Shown here one piece after another: positions 22,805 through 30,964 of a stretch of 32,000 bases of DNA (within the stretch, counting starts at the first letter, position 1; the number at the start of each line of letters is the position of its first letter). The position numbers and the translations under genes are program-made. Source of the stretch: Methanobacteriota archaeon. GTDB taxonomy: Archaea; JAADCQ01; Methanopyri; Methanopyrales; Methanopyraceae. The stretch is taken from NCBI GenBank assembly GCA_027064305.1, contig JAMOPY010000023.1:16569-48568 (forward strand). The letters are read 5' to 3'. The notes below the pieces were generated by a model, which worked only from the letters and a program-made list of their open reading frames with translations, did no database searches and had not been told where the DNA came from.

Positions 22805-24040
22805 TTACCCCGGTCGGAACCTCAGCAGCGCACCCAGGCCGCCGAACGCCTGGTGGAACTGCGCGCCCTCCTCCGTCTCGGTTGAAATTATCTCCACCCG
22901 AGCCCCCGTCCGCTCCGCCAGCTCCAGGTAGTAGTCCACGAGCTCCTTCACGTCCTCCACCTCCAGCTCGGCCTCACCGCACTCCGGGCACTCCCCGGCC
23001 CGCTCCCTCGCCTCCTCCTTGCTCCGAACCGTGACCACCTCCTCGTGACCGCACTCCGGGCACCGGAGCACCGCCTTGTACCCCTCCAGCTCCTCCGAGA
23101 TCAGCAGCGTCTCCACGGCCCCCATCCGCAGCATCCTCTCCACCTCATCCTCCCCGTACGCCGCCAGATCCCCGTTGACCGCCTCCTCCATGAACCGCCG
23201 CACCAGCCGCTTCTCCCGGACCAGCTCCGCCTCCTTGAGCGCGTCCTCCGCCTTGTTCAGCGCCTCCCGGATCCCCGACTCGTCCGTGTTCCCCACATCC
23301 ACCACGGCGATGACCTTCTCCTTCAGGTCCTTGGGCAGGTAGTCCCCCTCCAGGAACTCCTCCTTCGTCGGGCCCGGACCGCCCACGATGATCCCCTTCA
23401 GGTTCTCCACCTCCTCGAAAACCTCCCGCGCGGCCTCACCCACCTCCTGGTAGAACTCGTGCGCCGCGTGCTCGATCAGCCGATCGAAGCGCCGCTGCGA
23501 CTGCCCGCCCGCCTTGTGCTTACCCGGCACATCCGACTTAAGCCGCTTCTTCACCTCAACCCGCTTACCCTTGACCAGCCCGATCGTCGCCTCCCGACGG
23601 TCCATGACCAGCACGCCGTACACATCCTTATCCTCGAGACACTCCTTCAGGGGCTCCAGGTAAAACCTGGAATCGCACCGGTAAATGAACCGATCCACCG
23701 GCTCGGGCGGCTCGATTAGCTCCGCCACCATCTTCTCCTTCGTGCCTTCTTTAACCGTACCGACCAACACCACCAACCCGTTCTCCGGGGTCTCACCCAC
23801 GGTCTTGAGCCTTTGAATAACCACCTCAATTGCGGACTGAACGTTCTTCCGCGTCCTCTTACTCTTGATATTACTCGCCTGAGAGTACTCCTCCCTCATC
23901 ATTGCGATCACATCGCTCAACCGCTTCTCCGGCGGAATGTATATCGTGATCAGCTCCGTACCCTCGCCCTCCAGGCTCTCCAACCGCTCTAGCATTCTTT
24001 TGAACTTGTACCGTTCCACGCTCTCGGAGGTCGCCTCCAA
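22805..24040 (-). CDS. prf1: Peptide chain release factor aRF1
   Basis: The NIKS motif (QASNIKSKRTRKNV), GGQ motif (KHKAGGQSQRRF) and GTELITIYIPP are present. The C-terminal domain carries a CPECG...CPECG zinc-ribbon mini-domain. The TTG start follows GGGGGAG. Confidence 0.95.
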   Translation of the reverse strand: MEATSESVERYKFKRMLERLESLEGEGTELITIYIPPEKRLSDVIAMMREEYSQASNIKSKRTRKNVQSAIEVVIQRLKTVGETPENGLVVLVGTVKEGTKEKMVAELIEPPEPVDRFIYRCDSRFYLEPLKECLEDKDVYGVLVMDRREATIGLVKGKRVEVKKRLKSDVPGKHKAGGQSQRRFDRLIEHAAHEFYQEVGEAAREVFEEVENLKGIIVGGPGPTKEEFLEGDYLPKDLKEKVIAVVDVGNTDESGIREALNKAEDALKEAELVREKRLVRRFMEEAVNGDLAAYGEDEVERMLRMGAVETLLISEELEGYKAVLRCPECGHEEVVTVRSKEEARERAGECPECGEAELEVEDVKELVDYYLELAERTGARVEIISTETEEGAQFHQAFGGLGALLRFRPG

Positions 24041-24057
24041 CCGGGCTCCCCCAGGGG

Positions 24058-24738
24058 GTGATCGGGCTGTACGCGGTCGTGGCGCTCGGCGGGTCCGTGC
24101 TCAACGTGCGGAACCCGGACCGGATCCGGGAGGCCGCGGACCTCATCTCCGAAGCGCTGGAATCCGGGCTGAAAACCTGCGTCGTCGTCGGTGGGGGCCC
24201 CGTCGCCCGTGAGTACATAAACGTAGCGCGAGACCTCGGGGCGCCCGAGACCGCCCTCGACGAGCTCGGCATCACGGTGACCCGACTGAACGCCGCCCTC
24301 CTCAACCTCGCGCTCGGCCGGCCCGGGACCGACGTCCCGGAAACCCCCTCGGAAGCCGCGGAAACGGTCCGCCGGGAGGGCGTGGCCGTCTGCGGGGGCA
24401 CGCACCCGGGCCACACCACCGACGCCGTCGGGGCCATGATCGCCGAGCTCCTGCAGGCCCCGCTCATCATCGTCACCAACGTGGACGGGATCTACGACCG
24501 GGACCCGAGCGAGCCGGGCGCCCGGAAGTTCCGGGAGATCAGCGCCCGCGAGCTCGAGCGGCTGGCCTTCGAGGCCGACCTGGAGGCCGGCGGCAGCTTC
24601 GTGGTCGATCCCGTCGCGACCAAGATCATCCGCCGCGGCCGCGTGACCACCCACGTCCTGTCCTGGGATGACTTCAAAAGCGCCGGGATCCGGGGGACCC
24701 TCCGGGGCCGGCACGACGGCACGATCGTCCGGGGGTGA
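24058..24738 (+). CDS. pyrH: Uridylate (UMP) kinase, archaeal type
   Basis: VVALGGSVL, VVVGGGPVAREY, GGTHPGHTTDAVGAMIAE, VTNVDGIYDRDP and VVDPVATKII are present. GTG start. Confidence 0.9.
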   Translation: MIGLYAVVALGGSVLNVRNPDRIREAADLISEALESGLKTCVVVGGGPVAREYINVARDLGAPETALDELGITVTRLNAALLNLALGRPGTDVPETPSEAAETVRREGVAVCGGTHPGHTTDAVGAMIAELLQAPLIIVTNVDGIYDRDPSEPGARKFREISARELERLAFEADLEAGGSFVVDPVATKIIRRGRVTTHVLSWDDFKSAGIRGTLRGRHDGTIVRG

Positions 24739-24742
24739 CCGG

Positions 24743-24940
24743 GTGTCGGAGCGCGAGCGCGTCCCCCCGCACTCCCACTGCATCGTCTGCGGGGCCGCGA
24801 TCCCCGAGGGAGAACGCTTCTGCAGCGAGAGATGCCGGCGCGAGTACGAGCGCCGACGTCGGCGGGCCACCCTCACCCACTGGATCCTCGCGGGCGGCCT
24901 GATCGCCCTCGGCATCGTCCTCATGCTCCGCGGGGTCTAG
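24743..24940 (+). CDS. Small DUF2116-like zinc-ribbon protein with C-terminal TM helix
   Basis: HCIVCGAAIPEGERFCSERCRREYERRRRR is followed by the TM helix WILAGGLIALGIVLML. The GTG at 24743 lies just after the pyrH stop. The longer track ORF overlaps pyrH. Confidence 0.55.
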   Translation: MSERERVPPHSHCIVCGAAIPEGERFCSERCRREYERRRRRATLTHWILAGGLIALGIVLMLRGV

Positions 24941-25662
24941 ACCCGCAGCGACTCCAGCCCCTCCCCACGACGACCACGAACGACCTCCCCCGGCGTCCTC
25001 ACCCGGAGTCCCGGGCAGAAGACCTCCGAGCCCCCCGCCACGAGCCCGCCGTACTCCACCCACGTCAGGAACTCGTACCCCGGCCCCGGGGTCTCGTACT
25101 CGAACTCCTTCGGGATCCGCCCCTCGGTTCGGATCACCTCGAGCGGCTCCGCCCCGCGCACGTCCGTGGGCGCGTACCGGGGCGTCCGCGGCGGGTCCTC
25201 CAGCGGTCGCCGCCCGATCCGCACCTCCGGGGGCAGCACCCGGGGCCCGTACCGCTCCAGCGCGGCGTTCACCACGTCCACGAAGTCCTCCTCCAGCAGC
25301 AGCGTGTCGATCATCTCGCAGACGATCACGTCGGCGTTCACCTCCACGCGCCGCGCGTCGGCCCGCACCACCTCCCACCGCACGTCCCTCGGCGCGTACC
25401 TCCTGAGGTTCCGCTCCAGCAGCCGGGCCCTCCTGGGATTCCGCTCCACCGCGACGACCCGACGGGCGCCCGCGTTCGCGGCGACCACGGAGAGCGGTCC
25501 CGTCCCGGCGCCCAGGTCGGCGAACTCGGCCCCGTCGGCGTGGTCGCACACCATGCGGACGAACGCGCCCGTCCGCTCCCGGTCCCGCAGCAGGTCGTCC
25601 TGGTAGGCGTCCACGAGCAGCCGGAAGCTCCCGACCGGGGTGCGGAGCGTCCGGACCAGCAT
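24937..25662 (-). CDS. Class I SAM-dependent methyltransferase (PRMT-like / archaeal 'predicted RNA methylase' type)
   Basis: YQDDLLRDRERTGAF, FADLGAGTGPLSVVAANAGARRVVAVERN and VIVCEMIDTLLLEED form the motif I/post-I/II arrangement of PRMT-like methyltransferases. The ATG lies 2 nt after the upstream stop. Confidence 0.75.
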   Translation of the reverse strand: MLVRTLRTPVGSFRLLVDAYQDDLLRDRERTGAFVRMVCDHADGAEFADLGAGTGPLSVVAANAGARRVVAVERNPRRARLLERNLRRYAPRDVRWEVVRADARRVEVNADVIVCEMIDTLLLEEDFVDVVNAALERYGPRVLPPEVRIGRRPLEDPPRTPRYAPTDVRGAEPLEVIRTEGRIPKEFEYETPGPGYEFLTWVEYGGLVAGGSEVFCPGLRVRTPGEVVRGRRGEGLESLRV

Positions 25663-25664
25663 GG

Positions 25665-26177
25665 TCAGCCTTCCGCGGCCTGCTGCTGCCGCTTCTTCGC
25701 CTCCTCCTCCCGCGCCTCCTCTTCCCTCCTCCCCGTCTTCAGCTTGATCACGTAGTCGGCGGCGTTCTGCAGGGCCGTGCTGAACCCCGGCTCGGCCCCG
25801 ATCACGATGGTCACCTTGCCCCGCTCCTTCGCCTTCGCGATGATGGGCAGGAAGTCCGTGTCCCGCGTCATCAGGGCCAGCGCGTCCACGCTGTCGCTGT
25901 AGATGATGTCCATCGCCTCCACGGCGAGGTACACGTCCACGTCCCCCGGGATGACCCGGGGCACGAACCCCTGGTTCGCCACCGCCTCGATGAGCTTGTC
26001 CGACGCGTACTGGTTCAGGAACGCCAGGCCGATGCGGATCGTGCCCAGCTCCTCGACGAGCTCCCGGACCTCCTTCAGACTGATGTCGAACTCGCGCCGG
26101 AGCATGTTCGGCCCGTCGATCAGCATCGCGATGTCCAGATCGCCCCGCTTGGTCTTGCGCTTGATCACGCCGCTCAT
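25665..26177 (-). CDS. NYN (LabA-like) domain ribonuclease-fold protein with Lys/Glu-rich tail
   Basis: IAMLIDGPNM, DVDVYLAVEAMD and LMTRDTDFLPIIAKAKERGKVTIVIG show the NYN acidic-residue pattern. The ATG at 26177 follows AAGGA. The track start at 26246 overlaps the upstream gene. Confidence 0.75.
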   Translation of the reverse strand: MSGVIKRKTKRGDLDIAMLIDGPNMLRREFDISLKEVRELVEELGTIRIGLAFLNQYASDKLIEAVANQGFVPRVIPGDVDVYLAVEAMDIIYSDSVDALALMTRDTDFLPIIAKAKERGKVTIVIGAEPGFSTALQNAADYVIKLKTGRREEEAREEEAKKRQQQAAEG

Positions 26178-26203
26178 GTAGTCCTTAACGGTATCCAGCA
26201 AGA

Positions 26204-26956
26204 TCAACCACCCGCGAACACGCGCACTCGGGTTTCTCCCGGGCAAAAGTGGAAGGGGAAGGATTCCACGATCGCCGCGTCCACAACGCCGGCACGGGTG
26301 AGCAACGGGACCAAGTGCGTGCAGGACTGGGCGTACAGCGCGATGGGACCGCGGTGACGGGTCACGATGCGCTTGAACGAGCCGTTCACCAGCACCATGC
26401 CGGTGGCCAGTAGCGGGAACTCGCCCAGCCTCGCGCGCCGCGGGACCCCCACCCGGGGATCCGCGTCCACCACCCCCCGGAGCAGCCCCCGTCGCTCCAG
26501 CTCCCGACGGAGGGCGCCGGAGTATCCAATCAGGAGCACCCTCTCTCCGAACCGGTCCTCCACCGTATCCGCTATGATGCGGGCCCGCTCCTTTTCAGCC
26601 TTCCTGTAACTCCTGGGCAGCCGCTCGGAGAGCAGCGGCGAGACCTCGCCGGCCCGGGCGCTGGCCATGGCGTCCAGGGTCAGGGCGCTCGTCGGCGGGT
26701 CCGAGGACGAGCGCCACACGGCCTTCAACCGGCGGCCCAGGAGGCCCGAGTCCGAGGGCGGTCGGGGGTGCAGGACGGTCCCCTCGAGCCCCCCATCCGT
26801 TTTGATCATTGTAACGATATCGTCGTGGACGCGGTCCCCGTCCGGGGGTCGACGCGCCCCCGTCAGCGTGAGCACGGCGGCGATTCGATCGTCCGACCCC
26901 TCACTCCTCACCAGGCTCCTTACCACCCTGGAATAGCGCCTCCAGCGCCCGGTCAT
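26204..26956 (-). CDS. DUF364-like (Rossmann-like 'putative chelation' domain) protein
   Basis: VTMIKTDGGLEGTVLHP resembles the N-terminal domain of DUF4213/DUF364 proteins. VLLIGYSGALRRELE...LLATGMVLVNGSF...LYAQSCTHLVPLL..GVVDAAIVE resembles the C-terminal domain. The start is uncertain (ATG 26956 or GTG 26911 behind AAGGAG). Confidence 0.5.
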   Translation of the reverse strand: MTGRWRRYSRVVRSLVRSEGSDDRIAAVLTLTGARRPPDGDRVHDDIVTMIKTDGGLEGTVLHPRPPSDSGLLGRRLKAVWRSSSDPPTSALTLDAMASARAGEVSPLLSERLPRSYRKAEKERARIIADTVEDRFGERVLLIGYSGALRRELERRGLLRGVVDADPRVGVPRRARLGEFPLLATGMVLVNGSFKRIVTRHRGPIALYAQSCTHLVPLLTRAGVVDAAIVESFPFHFCPGETRVRVFAGG

Positions 26957-27233
26957 CGCACTCCCCCGGCGCGTCCCGCCTCCCCACCCGCACCTCCGGC
27001 CTACCGTAGCGCTCCAGCACCGACCTCACGACCCCGCCGGGATCGCCCGGGCCGACCACGTCCGCCAGGATCACGTACTCGCGGGCGGGGCGGCCCCCGG
27101 CGAGGATCACCGCCCCCTCGCTCACCAGCACGCGCTCGACCTCGAACCCCGCCGCCCGGAGCGCTCGCTCCAGCCGCTTCCTCAGCTCGCGCGGGCGGAG
27201 CGGTTTGGTGGCGAGGAGGTGGGCGTCGACCAT
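26901..27233 (-). CDS. Small hypothetical protein (110 aa)
   Basis: This is the C-terminal part of the 312-aa track ORF, from ATG 27233, 8 nt after the PhoH-like stop. Its composition is normal, unlike the Gly/Arg-rich upstream part. It fills an otherwise 285-nt gap in a tightly packed operon. No family recognised. Confidence 0.45.
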   Translation of the reverse strand: MVDAHLLATKPLRPRELRKRLERALRAAGFEVERVLVSEGAVILAGGRPAREYVILADVVGPGDPGGVVRSVLERYGRPEVRVGRRDAPGECDDRALEALFQGGKEPGEE

Positions 27234-27241
27234 GCGCCGGC

Positions 27242-28384
27242 TCACGCCTGCTCGACCTCCAGGCCCATGCCGAGGAGCTCCTGCAGTACCTCCTCGACGA
27301 ACCGGGCGTACCGGCCGCGCTGCCCCATGAACGGGCCGAAGTCCCGCCGGTCGATCCACACCTTCAGGTTCGGGCCCGCGATGTCCACGTCGACGATGCG
27401 CTCCCCGATCCACGGGACCGGGTGGATGTCCGCGATGAAGTCGATGAAGTCCAGCGTCAGGTGCGTGACGACGATCCGCATGTTCGTCTCCGCCTCGATG
27501 TTCTCGATCCGCTCGCCCCCCGTGCCGACCACCCGGCCCACGTGCCCCTCCTTGGTCACGATCACGGCCTGCGGCACGTTCTCCGTGTCGATCTCCAGGT
27601 CCTCGGCGATGGGCTCCACGTACAGGACCGTGAGCACGTCGGCGTCCGGCGCCTCCACCCGGACCACGTCCATGATCTCCCGCTCCACGTCGTTCAGCTC
27701 GCGGTTGCGGACGCGGATCTCCAGCTGCAGGTGCACGCCCCGCTCCGCGCCCGGCCGCACGATGTCCCGCGTGCCCAGGTCGATCACCGCGGCCTTGGGC
27801 TCCTCGGCCAGGATCTCCCGCATGACCGTCGCGCCGCACCGCTCCACGTCGATGTCCTTCTGGAAGACCGGATCGCCCGTGATCAGCAGGCGCGAGTTGT
27901 GACCCATCCGCGCCAGTACCTCGCCCGCGTTCTCCGGCAGCATGTTCTGAACCTCGTCCAGCAGGATCACGGCGTCGTCGAACGTGCGCCCCCGGACGAA
28001 GTGCGTGTCCACGATCATGATCTTCTCCTCATCGATCATCCGCCGGAGCTCCTTCCGCCCCGTGAACTGCGAGAGCACGTCCATCACCGGCGTGACGACC
28101 ATCTCCTCGAACTTCTCCGGCACGTCGGCGGAGCTCATCTCCTCCTTCGTCGCCACGTCCACGAGCGGCCGCGTGACGATGAACCGATCGTACTCGCCCT
28201 CCATCACCGCCTTCACGCCGTACGCGGCGCAGAAGAGCGTCTTACCCGTACCCGTCGGCCCGAACGCGGCCACGATCTCGTTCTCCTCGTCCAGCAGGGC
28301 CTCGTACAGCTCCTTCTGACCGTCCGTCTGGGGCTCCACCCCGAGCAGGTCCTCCACCATCCGCCGCGCACCCCCGGCCGTCAT
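27242..28384 (-). CDS. PhoH-like P-loop ATPase fused to two KH (RNA-binding) domains
   Basis: AAFGPTGTGKTLF (Walker A) and AVILLDEVQN (Walker B) follow the PhoH pattern. GHVGRVVGTGGERIENIE and GPFMGQRGRYARFVEEV are KH GxxG loops. ATGA overlap with the uppS stop. Confidence 0.8.
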   Translation of the reverse strand: MTAGGARRMVEDLLGVEPQTDGQKELYEALLDEENEIVAAFGPTGTGKTLFCAAYGVKAVMEGEYDRFIVTRPLVDVATKEEMSSADVPEKFEEMVVTPVMDVLSQFTGRKELRRMIDEEKIMIVDTHFVRGRTFDDAVILLDEVQNMLPENAGEVLARMGHNSRLLITGDPVFQKDIDVERCGATVMREILAEEPKAAVIDLGTRDIVRPGAERGVHLQLEIRVRNRELNDVEREIMDVVRVEAPDADVLTVLYVEPIAEDLEIDTENVPQAVIVTKEGHVGRVVGTGGERIENIEAETNMRIVVTHLTLDFIDFIADIHPVPWIGERIVDVDIAGPNLKVWIDRRDFGPFMGQRGRYARFVEEVLQELLGMGLEVEQA

Positions 28385-29160
28385 CTACCGAACCTTCGCT
28401 CCCGCTTCTGAAACTCCCGGATCGCCCGGAGCAGATCGATCTTGCGGAACTCCGGCCAGTACACGTCCACGAAGTACAGCTCGGAGTACGCGGAGTACCA
28501 CAGGAGGAAGTTACTCAACCGCTCCTCACCGCTCGTCCGGATGATGAGCTCCGGATCGGGCAGGTCACCCACGTAGACGTACTCGCGGAACGTCTCCTCG
28601 TCTATGCTGCGAGGATCGAGCCGGCCCGATTTAACGTCTTGGGCGATCTCTCGCACCGCGTCGATGATCTCCTGACGGCCCCCGTACGCCACCGCCACGT
28701 TCAGGAACCGCTCCGAGTACTCCCTCGTCGCCTCCTCCGCCTCCCGAATCGCCTCCCGCACCCGACGCGGCAGCAGGTGCAACCGACCCATCGCCCGCAC
28801 GGCGACCCGACGCCGATGAATCCGCTCGCTCCGGGCCAGCTCCCTGAACCGCTCCTCCATCAGGTCGAACAGATGACGCAGCTCCTCCTTCGGCCGGTTC
28901 AGGTTCTCGGTGGAGAGCGCGTAAACCGTGACGATCCTAACCCCGATGTCGAAGCACCATTCCAGCACCTGCTCCAGCTTATCCGCCCCGTACCGGTGCC
29001 CCTCCCAGGGCTTCAGCCCCAACTCGCGGGCGAACCTACGATTCCCATCCATGATGATGCCCACGTGCTCGGGCACCTTACCCCGACGCACCCTCCGCTC
29101 CAACATCCTCTCGTACATCTTATATACCGGCTTGAGGGAGGCCCGGACGACCTGCCTCAT
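28381..29160 (-). CDS. uppS: Undecaprenyl/polyprenyl diphosphate synthase (cis-prenyltransferase)
   Basis: PEHVGIIMDGNRRFA, VTVYALSTENLNRP, NVAVAYGGRQEI, PDPELIIRTSGEERLSNFLLWYSAYSELYF and WPEF are present. The ATG at 29160 was chosen by comparison with archaeal UppS N-termini (..LKPVYKMYE..). The track start is at 29271. Confidence 0.85.
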   Translation of the reverse strand: MRQVVRASLKPVYKMYERMLERRVRRGKVPEHVGIIMDGNRRFARELGLKPWEGHRYGADKLEQVLEWCFDIGVRIVTVYALSTENLNRPKEELRHLFDLMEERFRELARSERIHRRRVAVRAMGRLHLLPRRVREAIREAEEATREYSERFLNVAVAYGGRQEIIDAVREIAQDVKSGRLDPRSIDEETFREYVYVGDLPDPELIIRTSGEERLSNFLLWYSAYSELYFVDVYWPEFRKIDLLRAIREFQKRERRFGR

Positions 29161-29239
29161 CGCGCGACGCGGATTCACGGACGCGATGCGACCGAACGCG
29201 GACGTTAACCCCTCCCACCCCCTGACGGGGGTTGAACCG

Positions 29240-29734
29240 TTGATCGGGCTGATCTCGGACACCCACGACAACCTGCGAGCCGTGCGCGAGCTGGCGGACC
29301 GAATGAACGACGAGGGCGTCGAAGTCGTGCTGCACGCCGGCGACTACGTCGCTCCCTTCACGCTCCCCGAGCTCGCGAAAATCGACTGCGAGGAGTTTAT
29401 AGGCGTTTTCGGAAACAACGACGGGGAGCGCGATTTCCTCCGCGAGAAGGCGGAAGAGGTCGGCTTCAACCTGGTCGGCGAGGTCTTCACGGGCGAGGTC
29501 CTGGGACTGAAGGTCGCCATGGTGCACGGGACCGAGGAGGCCATCGTCGAGGCCCTCGCCCGCTCCGGCCAGTACGACGTGGTCGTCTACGGCCACACCC
29601 ACGAGCCCGAGGAGCGCCGGGTGGGCGACACCCTCGTCGTGAACCCCGGCGAGGCCTGCGGGTACGTGACCGGCCGCCGCACCGCGGCCCTCCTGGACCC
29701 CGACGAACGAACGGTCAAGCTGATCGAGTTCTGA
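29240..29734 (+). CDS. MJ0936/YfcE-type metallophosphoesterase
   Basis: IGLISDTHDN, VLHAGDYV, GVFGNNDGE, MVHG and VVYGHTHEP are the calcineurin-like phosphoesterase motifs. TTG start at 29240. Confidence 0.8.
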   Translation: MIGLISDTHDNLRAVRELADRMNDEGVEVVLHAGDYVAPFTLPELAKIDCEEFIGVFGNNDGERDFLREKAEEVGFNLVGEVFTGEVLGLKVAMVHGTEEAIVEALARSGQYDVVVYGHTHEPEERRVGDTLVVNPGEACGYVTGRRTAALLDPDERTVKLIEF

Positions 29735-29746
29735 CCCCGCACTCCG

Positions 29747-30952
29747 ATGACGAGCACGGCCTTCACCCGACGGGGTGATGACATCCACCCGAGCCGAGGA
29801 GCCCGCCCCTTCGCCCGCCCCGACCTGGACGACCCCAGGCTGGCGAACCTCCTCCAAGCCCGCACCCCCGACTACCCGACCCTCCTCGCCGCCCTCATCG
29901 CACCCGTCCGCTGGTACACGCTCCGCGTGAACACGCTGAAGGCGGACCCGGAGGACGTCCTGGAGCTCCTGTCCCGGGAGCTACCGGACCACCGCGTCCG
30001 ACCCTCCCCGTACTCCGAGCACGCCGTGGAGATCGAGGTGAAGGGACCCCACCGAGTGCGCCCCGACGAGGAGCGGGTCGTGGTGGCCGACAAGTTCGCC
30101 GCCGAGAGCGTGTACGTGGGGGCCGACCTGTACGCCCCCGGGGTGCTCCGGGCCGAGGGCGTGAGGCGGGGCGATCGGGTGCTCGTCGTCTCCGAGCGGG
30201 GCCACCCCGTGGCCCTCGGCGTGGCCGAGATGGACGGGGACGAGATGGAGGATCGGGACCGGGGGCTGGCCGTCCGCGTCGACCGACCCGTGTACCGGGC
30301 CCCCAAGGTGCGCGCCACCCGGGCCTACGCCCGGGGCTGGATCTACTCCCAGGGCCTCCCCTCCATCCTCGCCGTCGAGGCCCTCGACCCGCGACCCGGA
30401 GAGTCCGTCATCGACCTCTGCGCGGCCCCCGGGGGCAAGTGCTCCCACGTCGCCCAGCTCACGGGCCCCGACTCCAAGATCGTCGCCATCGACCGGTCCA
30501 AACCCCGGCTGGAGCGGATGGAACGACGATTGCGACGGCTCGGCATCGACTGGGTCCGGGTGATCCACGGGGACGCCCGACGCGTCTGCCGCCGACTCCG
30601 GGAGCGGTTCGACGTGGCGATCGTGGACCCGCCCTGCACCGCCCTGGGCGTGCGACCCAAGCTGTGGATCGAGGCCACCTACGAGGAGTGCCTGGGCCTA
30701 CCCTCGTACCAGTTCTCGCTGCTCCGAGCCGCCCACCGGGTCCTAAGACCGGGCGGCCGCCTCCTCTACGCCACCTGCACGCTGACCCGCGAGGAGAACG
30801 AGCTCGTCGTCCGCCGAGCGGTCGAAGAGCTAGGCATGGAGCCGATCACCGAGGCACTTAAGCCCGCGAACCCCGCCGGGGACGGCGCGCTCTTCCTCCC
30901 TCACCGAGCGGACACGCCCGGGTTCTTCTACGCCGTGCTCAGGAAGGAATAG
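29747..30952 (+). CDS. NOL1/NOP2/Sun-family RNA cytosine-C5 methyltransferase with PUA domain (archaeal Trm4-like)
   Basis: The PUA-like segment is VVVADKFAAESVYVGADLYAPGVL...GDRVLVVSERGHPVALGVAEM. The methyltransferase motifs are DLCAAPGGK, AIDRS, IVDPPCTALG and LLYATCT. Confidence 0.85.
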   Translation: MTSTAFTRRGDDIHPSRGARPFARPDLDDPRLANLLQARTPDYPTLLAALIAPVRWYTLRVNTLKADPEDVLELLSRELPDHRVRPSPYSEHAVEIEVKGPHRVRPDEERVVVADKFAAESVYVGADLYAPGVLRAEGVRRGDRVLVVSERGHPVALGVAEMDGDEMEDRDRGLAVRVDRPVYRAPKVRATRAYARGWIYSQGLPSILAVEALDPRPGESVIDLCAAPGGKCSHVAQLTGPDSKIVAIDRSKPRLERMERRLRRLGIDWVRVIHGDARRVCRRLRERFDVAIVDPPCTALGVRPKLWIEATYEECLGLPSYQFSLLRAAHRVLRPGGRLLYATCTLTREENELVVRRAVEELGMEPITEALKPANPAGDGALFLPHRADTPGFFYAVLRKE

Positions 30953-30964
30953 GCGGGTAGCGCG

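Noticed and set aside
29121-29128. TATATA-containing stretch (CTTATATACC) as a TATA box for uppS or the divergent phosphoesterase
   Set aside because: It lies inside the conserved uppS N-terminal coding sequence (VYKMYE). It is more than 110 nt from the phosphoesterase start and downstream of the chosen uppS start.
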